Of a DNA stretch of 64,000 bases, positions 10,802 through 24,514 are shown piece by piece. A model generated the notes under the pieces. That model searched no databases, was not told the DNA's origin, and saw only the letters and a list, made by a program, of their open reading frames with translations. The stretch is from contig JBEWZL010000152.1 in NCBI GenBank assembly GCA_045837725.1, positions 434,001-498,000 on the forward strand, in the 5' to 3' direction. The stretch is from Vermamoeba vermiformis (taxonomy: Eukaryota). Position 1 is the first letter of the stretch; each line of letters begins with the position of its first letter. Both the position numbers and the translations under genes were made by a program.

Positions 10802-13800
10802 TTACAAAAGGTTCACATGCAATATCTGTTCTGCACGCTCTTTCAGTCTTTCATCAAGCAGCACTGAGTCTAGTTTTGGGGCTAGAGCCAAGTGATCAAT
10901 TGTCTTTTCCGTCAAGGCCACGCAATTGAGCAGCGAGATGTACTCTAAGCATATGCTCTGCTGCACCAGCTCTTTGATGAGTGAATCGTGCACTTGCATA
11001 CATCCATCCAGGGTGACTTTGCTAAGTCGCGGACAATTTGCAATAATTTGACGCAAAGACTCTTCAGTGACCTGTGTGCACGCAGTGACATTGACGTCCT
11101 CAATATTCGTGCAGTGTTTGAGAGGCGAGAGGTCAGTGATGCGCGTGCAGTGCGAGATATCGATGATGCGCAGTGCAGTGAGCTGTTGCAGTGCATTGAG
11201 GGTGGACACGTGACTGCACGAGCGCATGACCCACGACTGCAACTGCGGACAGTGCGCACAGATGTACGCAATGGACTCGTCTGCAGGGCATCAGTACGCG
11301 CACAACACTCGCTGTCAGTCTTGCACTTACCAGTGATGGGCAGGTCTTCAAGCTCGAGCACACTGAGGCTCGCGAGATTGGCCACGAACAGCGCCAACAG
11401 CTCATCTAATGCACGTCAGTCACTGCATGCATGTGGTGACACATTCAGCCCTTACCTGTCACGTGTGCAGTCTGCTTCAGGCGCAGTGAGCGCAGTTCGG
11501 TGCAGTTCTGTGCAAACTGAGCCACGAGTGCGCGATTGAGCAGCGTGGAGTGCGAGAGATCGAGCTGCGTCAAGTAGGGGCAGTGCGTGCTCAAGAACTC
11601 GAGCGAGGCACGCTGTCGCATCCAGTGCCGGTCCGTGCAGAGAATGTCGTAGCAGCGCTGCAAGAGGTTGCGGTACTGCTCAAAGTAGACGCTGTTGGTG
11701 TCCGTCTCGAGCGCGGCACAACGCTCAAACAGATCAGCGACCACACTCTTGATCTCGCCCAAGTGCTTGATCGATTGGTACTTGAGCACGGCACGCGTCA
11801 GCAGCTTGAAGTCGATGGGCTGCGCGCGATAGGCGTGCTGTTTGAGTGCGGCAGCGTAGGCCAAGATGATCTCTTCGTTGTCGGGATTGGCCTTGACGGA
11901 CTTGTCAAACTTGTACATGGAGAGGTCGAACAGCCGCTGTTGTGCAAAGGCATTGCTCTGTTGAAAGGACTGCAAATGCAACAGATTGGCCTCTGCAAAT
12001 GTCACCAGAGGCATGGGGCGCGATTTGAGCATGATCTTCTGCACATCGGGCAACACAAAGGTCAGATCGTGCTCGCTCTGTTGCAGCACGCGCTTGACAT
12101 CGCTGGTGAGCTTGATGCCACTCAGCTCTAGACTGCATTAGTGCGCTGCTGACACGTGTCACACTTACCTTCAATGCGCTCGAACACTTGCAGCCAGCCC
12201 ATGGACTTGAGCTTGTCTAGCGGTCAGAGTGAGCAAACAAGATTTTCACTGAACAGAATGGTGTCACGTGATCACTTACTCTTGATCGGGCCCAACACCT
12301 GCAAATCTTCGTCTATTTGCAGCAGCGGATCATTGGGTCGTGCGAGAGGTTCCACGAGCAGCTTGACATCTCCGAGCACGTGATTGGTGTTGTTCGTGTC
12401 ACGTGCCTCGCTGCCACTCTCCTCCTCTTTGGGTCGCACTACAAATCCCCCCTCCTCGCTCAATGTGCGCACACGTGCCGAGCAGAACACCCCCGTGGAG
12501 CCACACTCGCAGTAGTGCGGGGAGGTGATGCCCCGAAGTGGTGAAATTTCGTGATTTTTGTGACACTTGCGCGCACAGACCTCGCACACGACTTGATTCT
12601 TGACAAGCTGACAGGTGAAGCACTGGTACCACAGCTGTTTGGTGCCCGCTGCCCCCGTGGCTTTGAAGGTGCAGATGTCATTGGCCACAGCCGCTGCGAT
12701 CTTGTCCACGCACTCCTCGTGCTCCTGCAACAGCTCCTCGTCGCTCGGGAACTCTTCGAACTGCATCTCCAATCGCGCACGTAGCTCGCTCCAGAACAGC
12801 GCACACTGCGCACGCGCAGCACCGTGTCCGAGCAGCTGATTGAAGCACTGGACCACGACCTCGTGATAGGGCTGCAGTCCCCACGCCTTCAACTGCTTCT
12901 TGGTCTCGCGCAGCATGTGTCGCAAGTGATTCTTGACGCCACGTGCCACCATCTCAATCATGATCACGTTCTTGAGATACGAGGACTGACAGTGACGGCG
13001 CAGCACCGCCAAGTAGCGCACATTGATGCCCTCGCGGTGTATCAGATTCGTCAGCTCGTGGCGAATGCTCTTGCGGAACAACATGTCCAGCGTCTTGGCG
13101 AACTGCGGAATTAATGTGCCGCGCAAATAATCCGTCGCTTCGGAGATTTCGAGCTGATGTGCAGTGCGATCGACTTCGTGCATGTCAAATTTGGGAGAGA
13201 ACGCGTCGGGGGAGAGCGCGTGCTTGTAACGCTTCATGAACTCGGGTCTGAACTGCTGGTACAAATAGCTCTCTTTGTAGCTGCAGCGGGGGTCAGTGCG
13301 CGTCCGTGCTATCGTGCAGTACTCACCGTGCATCGGGCGTGGTTGGGGGCATCAAGCGCGCAAAGTCTACAATAGTATATCGTGCCGTTAATACCCGTCA
13401 CGTGTCACATATACCGCACGCATACCAAGGGTGTAGAAGCGACCATCGCGTCCCACATGCGTCTCAATGTCGCACGGATAGGGCAGTGTCTTGGCCAGCT
13501 CCACATCGACACCAGCCTTGTGCTTCTTGAGCTTGAGTCGCTTGGCCACGCGCTTCATCAGATGGGCCACGCGCTCGTGTGACTTGTACACCGTCTGTCC
13601 GCCATCGCACGAGCCGTACACGATGGTGTGGCGCGAGATGGGCAATATGGAGAGTGCGACGAGTCTGAATCCGAGGTAGTTGACGAGTGCGATCAGTGGC
13701 ACGCGCAGTCCGATGGGCTGGCCGTAGTTGTAGAACGCAATCAGCGAGCGCATCTCGTGTCCCGCAGCCTTCATGGCGTACTCGTCGCCGCTGTAGATGC

Positions 13801-14926
13801 CCTTCCAGTCCACGGCGAACTTGAACAAGATGCCGTTGTAGATGTACTTCTCGCCGCCTGCGTGTCCACCGAGCTCCGAGACGGGCTTGATGGTCTTGTA
13901 CTTGTAGGGCAGGAACACCTCGCTGATGATGATCTTGCCGAACACTTGGGCCGTGCGCTCAAAGTTCTGCGCCACATCGATGATCTTCTCGTAGCGTGCA
14001 ATCTGCTGCGCCACGCTGTGTTGCGGCATGTCCAGCGCACTCTGAAACAGTTCGTTCCAGTCGCGTCGTTCACCGCGCTCCTCTTTGACTTTCTTGGACT
14101 TGTGCACGACATCCAACACGCGGCCCTCCAGCTCGTTCAATCTCTTCTCGCGCTGATCACGTTCACCCGTGTCGTTGATGCGCGACACTTCTCGGCGCAG
14201 TGTTCGGAGCAGTTCCGAGGACAGCTCGACGAGTCGCTTGTTGTGCATCTGCAGCTTCTGATAGGCAGAGAGCTCACTGCGCGCAGGGGCGAGTGACGAG
14301 GAGCCGCGTCGTGCCTTGCGCTCTTCAGCACTGCGCGCGCGTTCATCACTCGAGCTCTGTGGAGTGTAGCTGGCACTGCTCGACGCACTCGACTGACTGC
14401 TGTGCGCGCTACTCACAAAGGTCTGCGAGTAGATGTCGCGCGGTGAGGGCGTGGTGCGACCACTGCGCGAAGTGTCGTCATCGAGCTGGTGCTTGTACTG
14501 CGAGGCATTGAGGGATTGAATGCGCAGTCGCAAGTCCCGCAGATCAGGCTGCACGCGATAGGGTGAGGTAGCGCGCTCCTTTTTGTCAGTGTACGCAGAG
14601 TACGGCGGGGCAGGTGAAACTGTTTGGGGCGTGGAGGTCGTGGTGGTCGAATAAAAGTCACTGCTGTTGCTGTCAGTATCGTCGCGGTGATTGATGTTGT
14701 GCGAATATAAATCTGAATCCTCTTCTGGATCAAAAGCCACGGAGGCCCGTAAGACATCATTCAGATCTTCATTCTCAATTTCATCGTCTTCTCGGTGGTC
14801 GTAATAGTTTGACGCTTGGTCACTTTGTGTGTCCTCTAAATCATCAGCATTTCTAACAATATGTGAATATAAATCGTCTGAATGATTTGAATTGGAGCTC
14901 GAAGTTGTTTTGTACACATTGCTCAT
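10802..14926 (-). CDS. Clu-domain protein with UBR-type zinc finger and C-terminal leucine-rich repeats
   Basis: GGHAGGEKYIYNGILFKFA...YAMKAAGHEMRSL...DIETHVGRDGRFY and IHREGINVRYL (Clu-like). CTFKATG...QLWYQCFTC...VCEVCARKCHKNH...HYCECG (UBR box). LxxLDLSH, IIDISHCTRITD and VTLDGCMQVHD (LRR-CC). Confidence 0.75.
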
Positions 14927-15068
14927 CGTTGTCTTCTTGCATCCATGAAAATACTAGGCGAATAAAAAGACAACGAGAACAAACTGCTTGATAGTCTGTG
15001 GTATTTGTATATCGTTGCAGGACATAGAATTGAAAGTTTTTTGTTGACACTCAAAGAAATTTCACTCG

Positions 15069-15096
15069 GCGTGACTTAACGCCAGCGTGACTTAAC
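15069..15096. promoter_or_regulatory. Tandem 12-bp motif GCGTGACTTAAC x2 in the divergent Clu/NEDD8 promoter
   Basis: Exact copies at 15069-15080 and 15085-15096, about 65-90 bp upstream of the NEDD8 ATG. Regulatory role is inferred from position only. Confidence 0.35.
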
Positions 15097-15159
15097 CGCC
15101 GAACAAAAGCAAACAGCCAGCACAAATCATTCAAACTCAACACCGACTAATAATACACA

Positions 15160-15393
15160 ATGCAAATTAAAGTTAAGACTTTGACTGGCAAAACCATCGA
15201 TATTGATATCGAACCCACTGATACCATCACCCGCATCAAGGAGCGCGTTGAAGAGAAGGAAGGCATTCCCCCTCAACAACAAAGACTTATCTTTGGTGGA
15301 CGTGCTATGGCCGACGATAAAACCGCCAACGACTTTGGAATTAAAGCTGGTGCCACTCTCCACTTGGTTTTGGCTCTCCGTGGTGGTTTTTAA
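15160..15393 (+). CDS. NEDD8: NEDD8/Rub1 ubiquitin-like protein, intronless
   Basis: [21 protein letters not shown]...[19 protein letters not shown]...[10 protein letters not shown]+F. Ala72 (LALRGG) and [11 protein letters not shown] distinguish NEDD8 from ubiquitin. Confidence 0.95.
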   Translation: MQIKVKTLTGKTIDIDIEPTDTITRIKERVEEKEGIPPQQQRLIFGGRAMADDKTANDFGIKAGATLHLVLALRGGF

Positions 15394-15733
15394 GTGATGT
15401 ACAAAAGTGAAAAAAAAAAAACCAATTATTAATTGTATATTTTCATACCTCTTGTAGAATAAATTAATTATTTATTCTCGTACTAATTAGAGCTGAAATT
15501 ATCAAATTTAAAATTTTGTGACAGAAAGACTTTTACTGGTAAACCACTACTGGAAGGCAGATTCTGTTCTCTCGAGTGAGGCCCCTGTGCAATTATTTGT
15601 TTTGGCCCAACATTGGTATGTTTTAGTGCAAATATTGCAAGATATTATCATGTTCAACAAAATTTCCGTTCAACTCCAAATCCGCTAAATATTGATTTAT
15701 TACAAGTTGATTCGCAAAGTTGTGTTGTTGTTC

Positions 15734-18649
15734 TCAAAAACTGATCGCAGCGCGCAAGTGAGGCATGACACTATTGCGCAGAGCAACGGTCTTATCTTTG
15801 GTGATGGCCGTGCTCAATCGGCGCAGTACATTCTTGTTGACGCGTTGCAGCTTGTTGGGCTCGCGCGAGTAAAGGGCTGCGAATACTTCAGCAGCCTTGT
15901 CGACTTTGTTTTCATTCAGCAGCATTTCGAGTGTCGCGGTGTAGATAGCTGTAGGCACTGCCTTGGCTTGAATGATCAGATCTGCAGCCTTTTCAGCGTC
16001 CTTGTCTTTGAAGCCATCGAGCACTGCATGGAATCCAGACTCATTGGGCACAATGTTCTGCTGCTTCATCAAGGTCCTAGCACCTGAGGTTAGTACTGGT
16101 TCTGAGACGCAGATCCGCTACAACAGCGCTACGTACCAGACACGAGTCAGCTTGTCCAGCTCACCACTGCGCGCATAAGCAATGAGCAGTGTAGAGTACA
16201 TATCACTCTGCTCGCCCTCTTCACCGCTGCTCGTCTGCACGTCCTTGAGCGTGGCAAACAGAGCGAGTGCGAGTTCCGCACGACCGAGCTTGGCTGCTTG
16301 ATCGAACAACTCGCGCAATATAGGCACTTCAGTCGGGTACTTGCCCGTGATCTTGATGAAGGAGGTCACCATGTCCAACACTGTCTCGGGGTGATAATTG
16401 CGTCGCAGCGTCTGATCGATGAAGGCATTGACAAAGTTGTGCGTAATGTTGGTGTTGAACAGCTGCGTCAACTCGCCCAAGATCATCTCAGCGCGAGTGT
16501 GCCACGCCTCGGAGGTGAGTTGTTTGCCGAGCAGCAGCAGCAGTGTCTGGGCCATGCTCGCGTACACCACGGCATCGTTGTAGCTCTGATCGTGCTCTGC
16601 GACAGCACTGCTCTCCGCACCACTCAGCTGCTTGGCCTGTTGCTTCATGTCCTGGTGTCGCGTTAGTGCTGCTGACAGTGCTGCTGAGGGCGCGGTACTT
16701 ACAGTCCACAGGGCAATGGCGAATTCTATGTTGTTGGCCTTGGCAGCGATGCGCAACATGCCCGCATAGGTGGAGGCAGAGACAGGTGCGAAGTGCGTCT
16801 TGATGGCCTTCAACAGCTTCTCAGCCTCGCTCACGGGACTGTTGCTCGCACTGATCAGCGTCAAGTACTTCTCTGCGGAGTGCGGTCAGTCGTGTGCACA
16901 ATACAGGTGCAGCAAAGGGTGATACGTACCGATGGTGGAGAAGTACGGCTTGAGCATCATGTCCTTGTCCTTGTCCTTGTCACTCACCACCACTTCAGCG
17001 CTCTCGCCGCTCTCAGTCGCATCGCTCTCCAGCACGGCACTCACCGCACGACCCTCGCTGCGTTGTTCGTATTGACGCACGAACCAGTTCCAAATGTCAA
17101 TGGCAGCACGTGATTGATGAGTCTCGTAACAGGCGTGAATGATGGCGTTGAGTGTGGCGCGATCAGGCACCATCTTGCCGAGGTCGAGGTCACCCTGGGC
17201 AATCTGATGCGCGAGCTGCACAATCTCGTGGTGCCGATTGTGTTCGCGCAGTGCCATCACCACCACCTTGCACAGCGCAGGGCTGTTGACACCGAAGCGA
17301 CACAGGGTCTGGAACTGTTCCAGGGCTTTGAGTGCGCCGTCCTTGCCCTGCGTGACTGCCTCTTTGATCAAGATCTCGTACGTGTTGCGTACTATGCGCC
17401 AGTTGCGCTGTGGGATGTAGTCCATGATCTGTTCTAGGGCACGCGCATTGCTCAACAGCTTGGCTGCTTTGTGCGCACTCAGCGTGATGGTCGTCTGTTC
17501 TTTGACACGTGTCACATTCAACAGCTGCTTGGAGGGCATCTCTGCAATCTCTTTGTCAGCCTCGCGCGCTGGCACGTCACGTGTCAAGTAGCGTGCGGTG
17601 GGCTTGGTGGCTTGGTCTTCTTCCCAGACCCAGTTCCACAGCTCCAACAATCGCTCTGCATCGCGCTGCACCTCTTCAGCAGTGCGGGTGTGGTCCGTGC
17701 CCGCAGTGTCACTCAGCTGCTGCGGTGTGGGGAACTCGCTCATCGCCACGCGCGTGAAAAAGGCGTGAAACAATGAGGGCAGTGCCGCGGGTCGCGAGTA
17801 ATTGCCGCGCTTGTACGTGTGCGGACCAGTGCTGTTGAGCTGCGAGGCGTGCAATCGATGTGCGAGCAGTGCAGGACGCAGCACTTGTTCGTAGATGTCA
17901 ATCGCGTGGTTGTACTGCTTCAGATCTGCCAGCACGGGCACAATCTCCAGCGCCTCTTCGATTGACATGTTGTTGACGCCAGTGCGCGGATAGATGATAT
18001 TGTTCCATATGTTAAGGGCCTTAGCACCATTGCTGAACTTGACCCACAGCGTGGTCATGATCGCGATCAGTTGTCCGACTGTTTTGGATTCGAGCTGATA
18101 ATTGTCAAATTCTGCCTCGTCATTCACCTTGAATATATTAACGATTTCATTGTCGCTGTTGTTGTTATTGTAACTGTTGTTAGTGCGCTGGGCTCTCTTT
18201 TTCTGTCCCTGAGATGCACTCTGCCCAACCAAAAAAAATTAATTAATAATCATGGAAATATTTTATTAAACAATTATAAAATTAAATTAATCTATATTTT
18301 AACAGAAGAAATAATTGGACGACTAGATCAACTGTTTGGCATTGGCTAACAATGCGATCCAACTCCAAATCATGATCGTAATAGTTGAATAAGCTTATAA
18401 CGTGCCATATACACTCACCGTATTAATATCTGTGGTAGTAGTCTCGCTGCTGAAGTGTCTGGTCTCAATCCAGCGCGGACGAGGGGCAAACAGCTGCGTG
18501 GTTGAAACAACGCCCGTGCGCGCAGTGTTGGTGCCCGTATTGTTGACTATATATGTGCGATGTGGGTGCAGTGCTAGGAGATTGCTGCGCTGCACTCGCT
18601 TCACTGCACTGCGACTGGCACATCTGTAGATGAGTTGCGCGCACCGCAT
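15734..18649 (-). CDS. Alpha-solenoid / PPR-like protein, probably mitochondrial
   Basis: Arg/Ser-rich transit-like N-terminus ending RHFSS. PPR-like units PDRATLNAIIHAC, TYAGMLRIAAKANNIEFAIALW, MYSTLLIAYARSGELDK and MMKQQNIVPNESGFHAVLDGF. Confidence 0.6.
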
Positions 18650-18859
18650 TGTTCAATGTATTCGTCAACAATTGATATATATAATATATAAGTATAGACT
18701 AGCAGGGCCTAGTCTGTTGATGAACTCAGCAGCATACAATATTAATGAAACGGAGAAAAAAATGACTGGGATCTGACCGCACACACACGGACCCTTTTGC
18801 TTGATCGTGCGGCTGTAATATGAAAAATAATAGTATGGTATGAAGCTGTACAGTTTATT

Positions 18860-19279
18860 TTATCGGAATTGATGCGCAGTCGGGCCAACATAAGCGAGTA
18901 CCAATCCGACCAGCGCGAGCGAGAAGGAGGAGAAGAGTTGCTTCATAATAGGCTCGCCTTGCTTCATATTCACCCAGCCGATGACACAGCTCACTACGAG
19001 CACACAAGGGTTAGTCGTGTCATGCCGATTATTACTCGATTATTATTAATGTCTTTAGCACTCACCGAAACAACCCCACGCTAATATGCGATACTACAAT
19101 AATAATTATTATTATTATAATTATAATTGTTGGACACAGGTCACAGATGCGCTTACCTTGACGAACATGGCGGTGGCACCGAGTACCATGCTGATGACGA
19201 ACATGTAGTCCGACAGCTCTTCAGGGGCCACACTCGCGACGTAGAACTGCTTCTCTTGCGCTGCTTTTTTGCTGCTCAT
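18860..19279 (-). CDS. WDR83OS: PAT complex subunit Asterix (WDR83OS)
   Basis: Spliced product MSSKKAAQEKQFYVASVAPEELSDYMFVISMVLGATAMFVK...SCVIGWVNMKQGEPIMKQLFSSFSLALVGLVLAYVGP matches the Asterix DY(M)...KQxxSSF pattern. Not in the ORF track. Confidence 0.75.
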
Positions 19280-19442
19280 AGTGTGCTCCAATCGATGGTC
19301 TAGTTTTATGATTTATGTACAAGTGCGCGGTGTCGTGTGACCTCGTTCGCAGTTAATAATACGTGATACACATATGATTATTATTTGACTTGTTGCGATA
19401 ACTTTTCCGTTCACTGAAATCACGTGCTCGCTGATTGGTCAG

Positions 19443-20805
19443 TTACACGCGTCGATGCAGCACCGCTTGCAGCTGATCGAGTGCACCCATCACCAACTGC
19501 GCCTCTGCTTGCGTGCCCATGTGTCCGATGCGGAACACTGCTCCGTGGAGGGCACTCCATGAGCCACCGAGCACCACACCACGTGATCGGAGCTGTGCAT
19601 CGAGATCGCGCCACTGCCACTCTGCTGGCACTTTGACAGCTGTCACTGTGGGTGAACTGTCGCGCTCAGGGTGACGCGGGTAAAGTGTCAATTTGAGGTC
19701 TTGCTCGAGTCTGACACGTGTCAAACGACTGACTTCGCGGTGACGCGTGTACAGCGCAGCACCCTCCTGCAACAGATCGTTCAGTGAACACTCCAGTGCC
19801 GCCACTGCGCGCCAGTTGAGCGTGTAGGGCACGTGCTGCAGATCAGTGAGGCGTTGCGGCGACCAATCAGCGAGGCCCTCGTAGCCCACGGCACCCACGT
19901 GCTCGATCACTGACCAGGCACGTGGACTCACCGTGATGATGGCGAGATCTGGCGGGAGATTGAGACACTTCTGCGTGCCGAGCAGTCCCAGGTCAATGTG
20001 CCACGCCTATTTTTAGCGTTACAACAAGATTGCCTAATTTGGAGCAGTGACACTCACATCGACATTCACTGGCACTCCGCCACCACTGGACACGAAGTCG
20101 ACGTAGTACAGTGCCTGACAGTCACGTGCTATCTCGCCCAGGGCCTCCACGTGATTCAATATGCCGCAGGGTGTCTCGCAATGCACGGCCTGCCACCAGC
20201 GTCAGTGCGGCACTCATTGCACTGCATACGTACCGTGATGAGTTCTGGCTGCCAATCACGTGCCAGCTCGCGAATGGACTGCACCGATTCAATGAACGAC
20301 AGGTCCCACGCCACCTCCACGCGCTTGACAGTGGCGCCGAGTTGCGCGGCCATGGTGCCGATGCCCGTGCCGTACACGCCTGAGGAGACACTCAACACGC
20401 GCGTGCCGGGCTTGATCACCGCGCGCAGTGCACCCCAGAGTCCGAGCATCGCCTCACCGCTCTGAATGGATGGTTAATGGAGCAATTGATTAAGTCTGCG
20501 CTGCTATCTCACCTGAATTACCGCCGTACTGGATGTGTTCAACAGTCGTTGTACTTGACCTTGTACGTGCTTGTATTGCTCGAAAAATTCTTCTTCCAAG
20601 TCACCTATTATTGGCCAGTTAACAGATGTCGCCAGTGTTGTTATGAAATAATAATAATTGAAAATATTTTGGGTCAGATCTTGACACGCGACATTGGGAC
20701 GTCAATTGTTCGCTTACTTGAGCCATAGTCCTTTGCGTAGAGCTGCAAGTACTTGTTCGGCACAGTGACAGGACCAGGCACGAGATAATACTGCTGTGTG
20801 CTCAT
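19443..20805 (-). CDS. Class V PLP-dependent aminotransferase (alanine/serine-glyoxylate aminotransferase-like)
   Basis: MSTQQYYLVPGPVTVP, GEAMLGLWGAL, VHCETPCGILN, YVDFVSSGGG, PLP lysine in LGTQKCLNLPPDL, and VFRIGHMG. Confidence 0.85.
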
Positions 20806-20875
20806 ATTGGAGTGGTTGCAAGCAATGAAAACATTTCTCTCTCACGCCCACTGCAGCACCACGCATGGATCCACG

Positions 20876-23800
20876 ATGAGCTCTGAACAAATTGAATCCA
20901 TATACAAATTGTTGCAGCAAGGGCTGTCTCACGACCCTCTGTTGCGCAAGCACGCAGAGACTCAGCTCGTGAATCTGCAGTCTTCTCCTGGATTTTGCTC
21001 AATTCTCTCAGTAAGGCAGAATTAGTACAAATTAATCTTTCAAAGATATTTTGGTGACATAAATGACCGATATTGGCACTTTTGACTGCTCACTAACAAA
21101 GGTTCACTCAGACCATCTTGCTCAATCCTCAAACGAGTGCTCAAGTGAAGCAAAGTGCAGTTATTATGCTGAAAAATATGACTAAATACATGTGGCAGCA
21201 GACTGAGGCCTACGATCGAGCGTTGAGTGCAGATGAGAAGCAGCAGATCGGCAAGACGTTGTACGCGCTGCTCGGTGAGTCCGCAGATCTGCTCAGCGAA
21301 CAAGTGATCACTGCAATAGCGTGGCTGATCTGGTGGGAGACGAGCACCAACAACAGCGCGTGGCTGGAGAGCTCGGGTCTGACACTGCTGCTAGACATGC
21401 TCGTTCAGACCGCGGCACTCGATGCGCAGTCACGTGATCAGCACTTGCCTAATTTGAACCGCGCCCTCGACTGCGTGGTAGAGGCACTGCTGCTCGTCAT
21501 GCCGCACCTCGAGGCTGGCGAGACACTGCCCAATTATCCGCGCACTCCCAACACGATCTCCGAGGCCGAGATTGAGCGGAATAATTTGAACAAGCGCGAG
21601 TGCTTCAAACTTGTACGTCACAGTCTATTTTTAGCACCGCTAGCTATCCACTCCATGCTGTACTGACACGTGTTATCATATTTGCAGGTTGCCAACAAGT
21701 TGTTCCAAGTGGTGGCAAACTTGTGGCTGTCCATTACCGCGCTGATTGTGACAGATGTCAACACGTCACCTGTCAATCTGCAAATGACACGTGTCACAAC
21801 ATCGATCAACTGCTGTCGCATTCTCAAGACACTGCTCGTCCAGTACACTGCGCAATTCGCCAAGGACAGTGCACTGCCCGTGCAGGCACTCTACCAGGGC
21901 GTGCATCACGTGCTCAACACACTGACCAATCAGTGCGCGGCAGTGCTGAGCGAGAACTCTCTGCGCGCCCACAAGTACTGGTCGCTGGTGCACGCACTGA
22001 ATCGACTCGTGCTCGAGACACAGGCCGCGCACCCGCTCAGCTTTGCACCCTATCTCGAGCCCTATCTCGCGTTCTATTTTCAGCAGCAGCAGCAGTGGTC
22101 CGCACAGCTGCACGAGGTGTCAGCGCCGCTCGAAGAACACTTGGTGCAGTCGATGAGCTTTCAAGCGCAAGTGCTCAGCTGCTACGACTACAAGGACTCG
22201 GCGCAGGACATGTTGCGCTACAGAACGCGCGGCAAGCACGGACTGCCGCTGGAGGACTTGGAATCGATCGAGCAGAGTCGCATTGATCTCGCGGCACGTG
22301 CGATACAACAGGTGTACAGCGAGACACGACAGAGCGAGCTGTTGGAGCTGTTGCTGACCAAGTACATGCGCATGAACAGCGGCATGTTGGAGCTGTGGCA
22401 ACACGACCCCGAAGCCCTGATCGACGAAGAGCTCTCTGACGCCTTTCAACAGCGTGTGGCGGTACGAATGGTGCGTGTAATGTCAGTGCGTACTCACCTC
22501 TCTTTTGTGTGACAGCCCTGTGCCGAGTGGCTGTACATCGTGCTCATGCGCCACAACAGCGACAAGTTGGCACCGCTCGTGCTGTCCCTCGTGCACAACG
22601 TACTCACGCGCAGTGCGGAGGTAGATCCGCTCTTGTTCGACAGCGCACTCTGGGCACTCGCAGCGGGCACGAATGCACTGCGCGACTCACTCACCTCCGC
22701 GCAGCTGTTCGCACTCATGCAGCGCGCACTGAGCATCACTGGCACGCACAGTGCACTGGTGCGCCGTCGAGTGGCAGCAGTGGTGGCACAGTGGGCGGAG
22801 CTCTTGTCTGCACCGCGCGACATTGCGCACCGTGTGGCCCTGGAGGTGATCAATCTGTTGCGCGACACGGATCTCATTGTGCGACTCGGTGCTGCGATTG
22901 CCATGCGGAACTGTAAGTGACACGTGTCAAAGTGAAGTCTCTAATCGATGGCAGTGGTGCCCGAGCTGGATTGGAAGGAACAAGACGGCCAACAACTGAT
23001 CCCGCCCATGATCGAGGGTCTGGTGCAGCTCGTGCAGCACATGACCGAGTCCTCCACCACCACGCAAGTGCTCGACTTGCTCTCCGTGGTGATCGACACC
23101 CTCGAGGACAAGATCGCACCCTACGCGCAGCACATCATTGGCACCGTGTCGCGCCTGTGGAGTCAAGCCGATCAGCGACAAATGATCCGCGCCTCCATTC
23201 TGCGCAATCTCGCGAGTCTCATGTCTGCCCTGCCCAGCGATCCGAATGTCACGCAAGTCATCACGCACTTGCTGCCACTCATTGAACTCAGCACGGATCT
23301 CTCGCGCACCACGGACTATCTGATACTGCACGAAGAGGGGCTCAATCTCTGGTTCAAAGTGCTGCAGCTCGTGGTGCCCACCAATCTCGAGCAGACGCAG
23401 CGCGATTTTTTCACGGCACAGCTGTCGCGTCTGGAGCCAATCATGAACAACACCATCGAACAGATGGCACACCTGGCACTCGACACGCACGGCCGTCAGC
23501 TCAAGCTCAACAAGCACGCAGAGGGCTATCAGATTCCCATGTTGTTCCGCATTCTGCACGCCTATCTCATGCTGGGCCAGGCAGCCTTTGTCGAGCAACA
23601 CCGCGAGCTACTCGTGCGGCTGTTCGTGCGCGGCATTCAACACACGCGCAAGGGCCCCAAGCTCGAGCACATCTTGCTGTGTCTCATCTCACTTATGCAA
23701 CTGCTCGGCGCACAGGCCCATCTGCTGCACATGTTCGAGCCTGTCTTTGCGCAGCTCTATCGCGCGTTGTGCACGCAGTTCAAAGACACGAATGGCGCGC

Positions 23801-24414
23801 ACATGATCTGTGCCGTGTTCGCACGACTGGCACTGATCAATCGCGATGCACTGCTGACGTGGCTCAACACGCAAGATCCTGCTGCCATCACCGTGCTGTA
23901 CGAGCAGTGGACGCGTGCAGTGTTGGACACACACGAGTACGACATCAAGCGCGTGACAGTGCTGGGCTTGTGTCACGTGATTGGCACGCCGCTCGGAGGC
24001 ACTAACATCACACACACAATTGAAGTCGCGGCGATGGGACTGATGGACATGCGCGACATGAAGCGCGAAGTGGTGTTCTTCGAGTACGTAGTTTGACACG
24101 TGTCAATGTGTGACCTGTCTAACTAATGTTCATTTGCAGCGGTGAAGATGAGCTGTTTGTGCGCAAGAGCAACGCGTCACGGACCAAGCAACAGGTAAGG
24201 ACAAACAGCTAGTGTCACGAGACATTAACTAACCCCCGTCTAGTTGAATGGAGCAGATCCGGTGATGAAGACCTCGCCCTCGGAGTACTTTGTGACCAAA
24301 TACAACGAGCTCGTGTCACAGCACGGCGAACAAGTGCGCCAACACCTGCAAACGAATCTCAAGCCCGTGGTGGCGGCGTTTGTTGCAGAGCTGTTGAGTC
24401 ACAAGCGCTCTTAA
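20876..24414 (+). CDS. Importin-beta family karyopherin, importin-11-like
   Basis: IBN_N-type start (LRKHAETQLVNLQSSPGFCSIL...VKQSAVIMLKN) and HEAT-like body with LELWQHDPEALIDEE, RRRVAAVVAQW and LLRDTDLIVRLGAA. Confidence 0.75.
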
Positions 24415-24514
24415 AATAAACAATGTACATATAGAACTCTGCATGCAGTGCTTGTTTCACGGGTTAAATTTTAATAACAAATACAGAGCTGAGTGACACG
24501 TGTCAAACAGAGGT

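Noticed and set aside
15160-15393. Ubiquitin
   Set aside because: Ala72 and the [11 protein letters not shown] segment identify NEDD8/Rub1.
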